The translations under genes were made by a program, and so were the position numbers. From IMG/VR virus record IMGVR_UViG_2563366824_000008: a DNA stretch of 41,432 bases; one strand, given 5' to 3'. Each line of letters starts with the position of its first letter. The first letter of the stretch is position 1. The notes beneath the pieces were generated by a model. That model had not been told where the DNA came from. It made no database searches and saw only the letters and a list, made by a program, of their open reading frames with translations. Below, in pieces: positions 35,168 through 41,432 of the stretch. Origin of the DNA: a virus (Duplodnaviria; Heunggongvirae; Uroviricota; Caudoviricetes).

Positions 35168-35186
35168 CAGACCGAGGTAACAAATT

Positions 35187-35339
35187 ATGCAGTGGAAAAT
35201 CATCAACGGTTGGTACTGCGTTACTGCATGCGGATTCATGAGCTGGAAGTTCCGCACCTTACAGGAAGGCATTAAGTGGGCTTTCGTCAGCAAAGAAGCT
35301 CGCGATGTGGCCAACGATAACGAGATATGGGAGGGCTGA
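35187..35339 (+). CDS. small hypothetical protein, not in the ORF track
   Basis: 50-aa ORF translated by hand; RBS GAGGT 7 nt upstream; first gene after the rightward promoter. Confidence 0.4.
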   Translation: MQWKIINGWYCVTACGFMSWKFRTLQEGIKWAFVSKEARDVANDNEIWEG

Positions 35340-35341
35340 TA

Positions 35342-35641
35342 ATGAACGTTAATCAGCAGAAAAATCTTCAAAAAATCATGCTGGCATTCGACAAGGACTA
35401 CCGCCTGTCAGAACAGATATATGACCGACAAGTTGAACTGATTGAGAGCATCCGACTTCATCAACTGTCCTCAACTTTCGACGTTGTAACAGGCAAAGGC
35501 GTTCGCCAGGAAGTACTGGAGGCTGCTAAAGACAGCCCTGAGTTCGAAGAACTGATGGATGCCTATCGGCGAGAGGCAATGGCAATTATCGCCCGCTGGG
35601 ATCTGGCGGATCAGCTTGATGGACAGAGGGACGCGGCATGA
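35342..35641 (+). CDS. hypothetical early protein
   Basis: Start set at ATG 35342 with RBS GGGAGGG (ORF 35327..35641); 99 aa. Confidence 0.5.
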   Translation: MNVNQQKNLQKIMLAFDKDYRLSEQIYDRQVELIESIRLHQLSSTFDVVTGKGVRQEVLEAAKDSPEFEELMDAYRREAMAIIARWDLADQLDGQRDAA

Positions 35642-35844
35642 AACCAACACTCCTCTCATTGCTGCGAGGTGGAAAACACAGCATCAGAGATATGGCAAAG
35701 ATTCTTGGTATCTCAAGATCGAAGGTTTCTTGGTTCATCGCTGAGCTTGAACGTCGCAAATGGGTAGAGGTAACCAGGAGCGCAATATATTTCCACGATG
35801 GAACCCGTTCCAACAAGCAGAACGAATACAAGGTTAAGTTATGA
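35638..35844 (+). CDS. small winged-helix DNA-binding protein
   Basis: 68 aa; HTH-like segment IRDMAKILGISRSKVSWFIAELE; ATGA overlap with the upstream gene. Confidence 0.5.
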   Translation: MKPTLLSLLRGGKHSIRDMAKILGISRSKVSWFIAELERRKWVEVTRSAIYFHDGTRSNKQNEYKVKL

Positions 35845-36662
35845 ATACTGGCATCTATTTCGACATCAGCAATGAGGACTACCACGCCGGTGACGGCGTG
35901 AGTAAGTCGCAACTGGACATGGTTGCCAAGAATCCGGCGCTTCTTAAATGGGTTCAGGCAGCACCAGAAGACGAAGAGAAAAAGTCTGCACTAGATATGG
36001 GAACTGCATTGCACTGTCTGCTTCTGGAACCTGGAGAATTCGACAAACGCTTCATTGTTTCACCAAAGTTCGATCGTCGGACGAAACAAGGTAAAGCTGA
36101 CGAAGAAGCATTTCTTCGTGATGTAGCGGATATGGGGATTGCGGTACTTGATGCCGAGCAGTGGCGGAAACTGGAGCTGATGCGTGATAGCGCAATGGCT
36201 CACCCGGCGGCACGCTGGATGCTGGAAGCACCTGGTTACTGCGAAGCATCAATGTACTGGAACGATGAAGAGACTGGTGAGTTGTGCCGCATTCGTCCAG
36301 ACAAATGGCTGAACGAGCACAACGTGATCGTCGACGTGAAAAAGGTTGCAGATATGGACCGTTTTGCACGCCACATCGAGGAATTCCGCTACCACGTGCA
36401 GGACGCAATGTACCGCGAAGGCGCAATGAAGGTTACTGGTCAGCCGCATGGTTTTTTCTTTCTTGCCGTGAGCGAAAGCATTGATTGTGGTCGGTATCCG
36501 GTACGCGTGTTCGAGCTGGATGCGCCGGATGTCGATGCCGGGCACGCTCTGTTCCGCCGGGATCTGAATACCTATCACGAATGCCGCATCAACGATGAGT
36601 GGGGCGGAGTGGAAATTATTAAACGCCCTGACTGGGCACGTAAACAGGATATGTACGTATGA
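35841..36662 (+). CDS. recombination exonuclease, PD-(D/E)XK-type
   Basis: 273 aa; D..(D/E)xK-like motif around VIVDVKK; immediately upstream of and coupled to the annealing-protein gene. Confidence 0.55.
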   Translation: MNTGIYFDISNEDYHAGDGVSKSQLDMVAKNPALLKWVQAAPEDEEKKSALDMGTALHCLLLEPGEFDKRFIVSPKFDRRTKQGKADEEAFLRDVADMGIAVLDAEQWRKLELMRDSAMAHPAARWMLEAPGYCEASMYWNDEETGELCRIRPDKWLNEHNVIVDVKKVADMDRFARHIEEFRYHVQDAMYREGAMKVTGQPHGFFFLAVSESIDCGRYPVRVFELDAPDVDAGHALFRRDLNTYHECRINDEWGGVEIIKRPDWARKQDMYV

Positions 36663-37540
36663 GCAATGATATCGCAATCACATCACAACCAGGCGCAACT
36701 GTAGGTACTGCTGCGGCAATCTTCAGCCCGGAGGGCATGAATCAACTGGTGCGTTTCGCGGAGTTGATGTCACAAAGCAAAGCGACTGTACCGAAACATC
36801 TTGAAGGCAAACCTGCCGATTGTCTGGCGGTGACCATGCAGGCGGCACAGTGGGGAATGAATCCTTTCGCCGTGGCGCAGAAAACGCATGTGGTAAACGG
36901 AACGTTAGGCTACGAAGCACAGTTGGTAAACGCGGTCGTATCCTCTTCCAGCCTGCTAGCGACACGCCTGAATTATCGCTGGAGCGGTGACTGGTCGAAT
37001 GTTAACGGCAAAACAGATAAATCACCGAATCTGACGGTAACTGTGTCAGCAGTTCTTAAAGGAGAAGCAGAACCCCGTGAGCTTACCATCAGTATGGCGC
37101 AAGCCGGAGTGCGTAACTCTCCATTGTGGGAACAGGATCCGCGCCAGCAACTTGCCTATCTTTGCACGAAACGATGGGCTCGCTTGCACGCTCCTGATGT
37201 ACTTCTCGGTGTTTACACCCCTGACGAATTACAGGAAACGGCACCGCGCGTTGAGCGAGACATTACTCCGCAAACGACCACTGCTGCGGGAATGAACAGT
37301 CTGATCAACGCTAAACAAGTGAAAAAGCCTGATGAGCAAACGCGTAAAGCGGATAGCCGTGATCCAGAAGAAATGCTAATGGCCTTTACCAGCGCAGCGA
37401 TGAATTACAGCACTGTCTCCGAACTGGATAAAGCTTACAAATACATTGCACAAAAACTTTCAGATGATGACGAACTGCTCGCAAAAGCCACCGACGTTTA
37501 CAGCGTTCGTCGGGAAGAATTAAACGAAACATCTATGTAA
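36659..37540 (+). CDS. single-strand annealing protein, lambda Bet (Red-beta)-like
   Basis: 293 aa; ERDITP and SPLWEQDPRQQLAYLCTKRWARL segments resemble Bet as I recall it; paired with the exonuclease. Confidence 0.6.
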   Translation: MSNDIAITSQPGATVGTAAAIFSPEGMNQLVRFAELMSQSKATVPKHLEGKPADCLAVTMQAAQWGMNPFAVAQKTHVVNGTLGYEAQLVNAVVSSSSLLATRLNYRWSGDWSNVNGKTDKSPNLTVTVSAVLKGEAEPRELTISMAQAGVRNSPLWEQDPRQQLAYLCTKRWARLHAPDVLLGVYTPDELQETAPRVERDITPQTTTAAGMNSLINAKQVKKPDEQTRKADSRDPEEMLMAFTSAAMNYSTVSELDKAYKYIAQKLSDDDELLAKATDVYSVRREELNETSM

Positions 37541-37589
37541 CCACCACCGCGGCGCCACGCGCGCCGCACTGCAACCAAGAGAGGTATTT

Positions 37590-37838
37590 ATGAAAGGTGC
37601 ATTAGGTAAGAAGGAACTCCTGGCGGTGGTGCCACTGTCATGGAGCACTATCGACCGCATGGAGCGCGCAGGGGAATTTCCTAAACGCTGGTATATCACT
37701 GACAAACGCTGCGCATGGAACCGTGATGAAGTTGAGCGTTGGCTTGATGAACGTCAGGCAGCAAGCCCGGCAGAGTTCCAGGGTAAAAAGCCTCCTGTTC
37801 AGCAACGTGTATATCGTCCTGTGAGCAACGCTGCATGA
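37590..37838 (+). CDS. AlpA-family regulator / excisionase-like protein
   Basis: 82 aa; LLAVVPLSWSTIDRMERAGEFPKRWYI matches the AlpA/Vis-type HTH signature as remembered. Confidence 0.55.
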   Translation: MKGALGKKELLAVVPLSWSTIDRMERAGEFPKRWYITDKRCAWNRDEVERWLDERQAASPAEFQGKKPPVQQRVYRPVSNAA

Positions 37839-37947
37839 GTGTGCTGCTAAGGCACTGGAGCAAATGGTCAGGATGGTACTTATTCCTGGCCTCTGTTTCA
37901 GCATGGCTTTATCTGCTGGCATTAATTTTCAGAGAGGGTTGGATTAA

Positions 37948-38247
37948 GTGAGAAAGTTAAGCCGACTTGAAAAATATCACATGAATAAGGTTTCAATGCG
38001 CAGTCCGTCAAAGATTGTCGCCGTTACTCCTGCGGCGATAGAGATCGAAAAACGCGCGATTGAAAGAGAGAAAAAAGGGCAGTTCCGCATTGCCGCTCAC
38101 CTTTGGCTTCAGTGTATGGATGTTGCTTCTGGTGATGTTGAACGTGCAAGGATCGCGGTTCGCAGGGACCAATGTATCACAAAAGGTAACGGCCTTCGCC
38201 GTGGCGACTATAGCGGCATAGGATGTTGCGGGGTGGTTTATGAATAA
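37948..38247 (+). CDS. small regulator-like protein, possibly PerC family
   Basis: 99 aa (GTG start); segment KKGQFRIAAHLWLQCM loosely resembles PerC-type activators; overlaps the next gene (ATGAATAA). Confidence 0.35.
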   Translation: MRKLSRLEKYHMNKVSMRSPSKIVAVTPAAIEIEKRAIEREKKGQFRIAAHLWLQCMDVASGDVERARIAVRRDQCITKGNGLRRGDYSGIGCCGVVYE

Positions 38248-39343
38248 ACAAAACAATAATATAAAAGGTAATATCATGAGCAAGGTAGGCGATTATTTCT
38301 TTGAATTTCCCGCATCACGAGGAACGCAGGGAAGCACTGTAATACTTATGATGACAGTACCAGCAAGAGCACTATCGAGAGTATTGGCAACCGACAATAC
38401 GGGAAGTACCCTTGAACGTTCTCAACGTGAAATTAATCCAACCAGGGTAAAAAAGTTTTATCAATATTTAGTCAACGCTTACGAGAAAAAGGAACCATTT
38501 ATTGTTCCACCATTGGTCGGAAATTGTAACTCAGAAATAGAGTTCCATGAGATTGGAAATACTAATGTCGGTTTAGTTAGATTTCCTATGGATGCAGAAA
38601 TAAAATTATTCGATGGACAGCATCGTGCTGCAGGATTAGCTGAGTTCTGCCGTAATTATGGTGAAACAATTATGATTCCTCTTATGCTTACGCATAACCT
38701 TCCTTTGAAGGCGCGTCAGCAGTTCTTTTCTGACATTAATAATAATGTTTCAAAACCATCTGCAGCAATTAATATGGCGTATGACGGACGAAACGATGTT
38801 GCCCAAGAAATGGTGTCTTTCCTGTCGCAACATGACACTTTTGCAGAAGTCACTGACTTCGAGCACAACGTTGTTCCGTCAAAGTCAAACATGTGGGTGA
38901 GTTTCAAAGCATTAAGTGATTCAACATCAAAATTTTGTATTCATAATGGAAAAAAACTAGAAATTGGTAACATCGAGTCAGTATGGGAATCATGGTTATG
39001 TCTTACACAACTAGAAGCAATTCGCCATGGTACAAAGCAATCAGAATACAAAAGAGAATATATCCAGTTTCATGCAGTGATGATTAACGCTTTTGGTTAT
39101 GCTGTTCAGCAAATGATGGTTAATCACTCAATAAAAGAAATAATTTCAATGATTGAAACATTATGTGCAAACACTGACTTCGCAGAAAGAGAGAATTTTT
39201 TCCTAATGGATAATTGGGTTGGGATCTGCACGAAAGCAAGCCAGGAAAAACTATCAGTTATTGCTAATGTAGCAGCACAGAAAGCGGCAGCAAACAGGCT
39301 GATACAAGCCTTTACCAAAGGAAGTCTGGGAGCAGAACAATGA
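38240..39343 (+). CDS. DGQHR-domain protein (DndB-like, ParB/sulfiredoxin fold)
   Basis: 367 aa, DndB-like length; signature FDGQHR present (KLFDGQHRAAGL); translationally coupled to the downstream methyltransferase (ATGA overlap). Confidence 0.6.
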   Translation: MNKQNNNIKGNIMSKVGDYFFEFPASRGTQGSTVILMMTVPARALSRVLATDNTGSTLERSQREINPTRVKKFYQYLVNAYEKKEPFIVPPLVGNCNSEIEFHEIGNTNVGLVRFPMDAEIKLFDGQHRAAGLAEFCRNYGETIMIPLMLTHNLPLKARQQFFSDINNNVSKPSAAINMAYDGRNDVAQEMVSFLSQHDTFAEVTDFEHNVVPSKSNMWVSFKALSDSTSKFCIHNGKKLEIGNIESVWESWLCLTQLEAIRHGTKQSEYKREYIQFHAVMINAFGYAVQQMMVNHSIKEIISMIETLCANTDFAERENFFLMDNWVGICTKASQEKLSVIANVAAQKAAANRLIQAFTKGSLGAEQ

Positions 39344-39987
39344 AAAAATACACGCTAATCTATGCAGATCCACCCTGGGTATACCGGGACAAAGCCGCAG
39401 ATGGTAATCGCGGCGCTGGTTTTAAATATCCAGTTATGAGTGTGCTGGATATCTGCCGCCTTCCTGTGTGGGATTTGGCCGATGAAAACTGTCTGTTGGC
39501 CATGTGGTGGGTGCCAACACAACCACTCGAAGCACTAAAAGTTGTTGAAGCCTGGGGATTCCGTCTGATGACCATGAAGGGCTTCACGTGGATAAAATGT
39601 GGTAGTCGACAACCAGATAAACTGGTTATGGGTATGGGACACATGACTCGCGCCAATAGTGAAGATTGCCTGTTTGCGGTAAAGGGAAAACTACCTCCGC
39701 GCATTAATGTAGGTATCGTTCAGTCATTTACCGCACCGCGGCTTGAGCACTCAAGAAAACCAGATGTCGTTCGTGAAAAACTTGTGCAATTGTTAGGCGA
39801 TGTTTCTCGCATTGAACTGTTCGCCCGCCAGTCGTCTCATGGCTTCGATGTTTGGGGTAATCAGTGCGAAGACCCGGCAGTACAACTACACCCTGGATAC
39901 GCGTTGGATATCGGCGGATTAACAAATGCATTCAGCAATGCTCCGCTGTCACCAACAGACAACCAGGGGCGGGAGCGTGCTGCATGA
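39340..39987 (+). CDS. MT-A70-family N6-adenine DNA methyltransferase
   Basis: 215 aa; catalytic motif DPPW (IYADPPW) near the N-terminus; size typical of phage MT-A70 enzymes. Confidence 0.7.
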   Translation: MKKYTLIYADPPWVYRDKAADGNRGAGFKYPVMSVLDICRLPVWDLADENCLLAMWWVPTQPLEALKVVEAWGFRLMTMKGFTWIKCGSRQPDKLVMGMGHMTRANSEDCLFAVKGKLPPRINVGIVQSFTAPRLEHSRKPDVVREKLVQLLGDVSRIELFARQSSHGFDVWGNQCEDPAVQLHPGYALDIGGLTNAFSNAPLSPTDNQGRERAA

Positions 39988-40178
39988 ACAGGGCATCACC
40001 AGCAGATTTAAGGAAATGCCTTGAAACTGCAAACATGCTTGCACACAGCGGGATCAGGTTTGTTCCAATTCCCGCTGTCACTGATGCTGAATTTGCAACA
40101 CTGTCAGCAATATTCGCAGATAAAATTGAATCACTGGCAGCAGAAGCCGAGATGGAAGAAAATCAGCAGAATAATTAA
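39984..40178 (+). CDS. small hypothetical protein coupled to the methyltransferase
   Basis: Internal ATG of ORF 39864..40178 overlapping the methyltransferase stop (ATGA); 64 aa; acidic C-terminus; ends 3 nt before the integrase stop. Confidence 0.4.
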   Translation: MNRASPADLRKCLETANMLAHSGIRFVPIPAVTDAEFATLSAIFADKIESLAAEAEMEENQQNN

Positions 40179-40181
40179 ACG

Positions 40182-41432
40182 TTATTCCCCCGCCATCCAC
40201 TTCTCAAACTTCGACGGGGAGAACGGAATCAGATCCGTATGCTCCCCGTTAATCCAGGAATCAATCATATCGGCCCACTGCTGCAACATGTAGGCGCGCT
40301 GTCTGGCGTATTCCGCTTTGTTATATACGGCGCGCACACCTTTCTGCTCATGTGCCAGAGCCTTTTCAATCCAGTCTGAAGGATAACCAGCCTCATGCAA
40401 CAACGTACTGGCTGTACGGCGCATATCGTGTACGGTGAAGCCCTGAATATGCTCACTATCTTCATTTATTATTTTCACCGTTCTGTCGATCAGAGAGTTC
40501 AGCGCGGCATTAGATAATGGCTTCCGGAAATTGTAACGACCAGGAACCAGATATTCACTTCCACCAGCGCACATCTGCAACCCGACCAATATATCCTGAG
40601 CCTGTTTAGGCAGGTAAATAACGTGCGCCCGGCTTCCCTTCATGCGGTCTGAAGGAATTGTCCATGTCCATTTTTTAAAATCTATTTCATCCCACGTTGC
40701 GTTGGTGAATTCGCCTTTACGAACCATAGTGATAAGCACCAGCTTTAAAGCCATTTTCATAGTGCCCATAGCACCAATGACATCCAGCGCGCGGAAGAAC
40801 AGGCCAATTTCTTCTGGTGTCAGTGTTCGCTCTCTTGGTTTAAATATGGCGATAGACGAAGGTTTAATGTCAGCCGCAGGATTAAACAAACCATGACCAC
40901 GGTCATTGGCGTGACGGTATACGCTGCTGATGATCTCCCTTGCCTGTACTGCTGTTGCCCGACCACCGCGTTCGACAATCCGGTCACACAAATCACGAAC
41001 CATCGATGTGGTAATTTCAGTCATCATTTTGTTGCCAAGAACTGGAAGTATGTCACGGTCGATCACCGCCTGCTTCATTGCGCGGGTACTGTCAGCCAGG
41101 ATGACGTGTTTCATATAACTGTCGGTATGTACCGTAAACGTCTCGGCACCACGAATCTTTTTGATACCGTCACGTTTAGCCGCAGCCGGTGACTGGCCTG
41201 CTTTAAGCAGCTTCTTTGCAGCAATCAGTTCTTCTCTCGCTTCTGCCAGGCTGATACCGTCACGCCCATACTGCCCGATTACCAGTGTTTCGCGGCGACC
41301 GTTGATACGGTAGTCATAGCGAAACGAGACCGTGCCTGACGTAAGCACAGCTACATACAGCCCGTCACGATCGGAGACCTTGTACAGTTTGTCCTGCGGC
41401 TTGAGGTTTTTTAATTTTGTATCGGTAAGCAC
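40182..41432 (-). CDS. int: tyrosine integrase, P4-type; N-terminus truncated by window edge
   Basis: 416 aa visible; reading frame still open at position 41432; N-terminal LTDTKLKNLKP...FRYDYRINGRR arm-binding signature; C-terminal HDMRRT and RAVYNKAEY catalytic motifs. Confidence 0.9.
   Translation of the reverse strand: MLTDTKLKNLKPQDKLYKVSDRDGLYVAVLTSGTVSFRYDYRINGRRETLVIGQYGRDGISLAEAREELIAAKKLLKAGQSPAAAKRDGIKKIRGAETFTVHTDSYMKHVILADSTRAMKQAVIDRDILPVLGNKMMTEITTSMVRDLCDRIVERGGRATAVQAREIISSVYRHANDRGHGLFNPAADIKPSSIAIFKPRERTLTPEEIGLFFRALDVIGAMGTMKMALKLVLITMVRKGEFTNATWDEIDFKKWTWTIPSDRMKGSRAHVIYLPKQAQDILVGLQMCAGGSEYLVPGRYNFRKPLSNAALNSLIDRTVKIINEDSEHIQGFTVHDMRRTASTLLHEAGYPSDWIEKALAHEQKGVRAVYNKAEYARQRAYMLQQWADMIDSWINGEHTDLIPFSPSKFEKWMAGE

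Larger units (their letters stand above)
1143..41432. mobile_element. temperate prophage with podovirus-like virion module; right end lies beyond the window
   Basis: Continuous phage gene content from the lysis cassette to the integrase; integrase ORF open at the window edge; left junction lies somewhere in 1143..1288 but no att core can be defined without the right end. Confidence 0.8.

Overview
The window holds about 1.1 kb of apparent chromosomal backbone followed by an apparently complete temperate prophage of roughly 40 kb that runs to the right edge, where a P4-type tyrosine integrase is cut off at its 5-prime end. All calls rest on reading the sequence and the ORF track by eye and on remembered family signatures; no database search or folding was run. 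Backbone: two secreted/lipoprotein genes and a terminator (1-1142). Prophage, left to right: a lysis cassette (Rz with embedded Rz1, GH19-type endolysin, two holin-like genes); a 966-aa tailspike; a plus-strand insert with a LexA-box-controlled small antirepressor-like gene, a full BRO-N antirepressor, a toxin-antitoxin-like pair and a small secreted peptide; a long minus-strand virion operon with T7-like podovirus gene order (ejection proteins, tail tubular A/B-like, capsid, scaffold, portal); a plus-strand tRNA-Arg(UCU) insert; terL/terS; early genes including lambda O/P-like replication genes with in-gene iterons; a divergent immunity region with three operators; and a rightward operon with exonuclease, Bet-like annealing protein, AlpA-like protein and a coupled DGQHR (DndB-like) plus MT-A70 methyltransferase unit. 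The most interesting signals are the DGQHR/MT-A70 operon, a 15-bp inverted-repeat operator (TTACCT-N4-GGTAA) scattered at about ten promoters across the prophage, the SOS-controlled antirepressor module, and a 12-bp perfect palindrome (GTGACATGTCAC) present three times.
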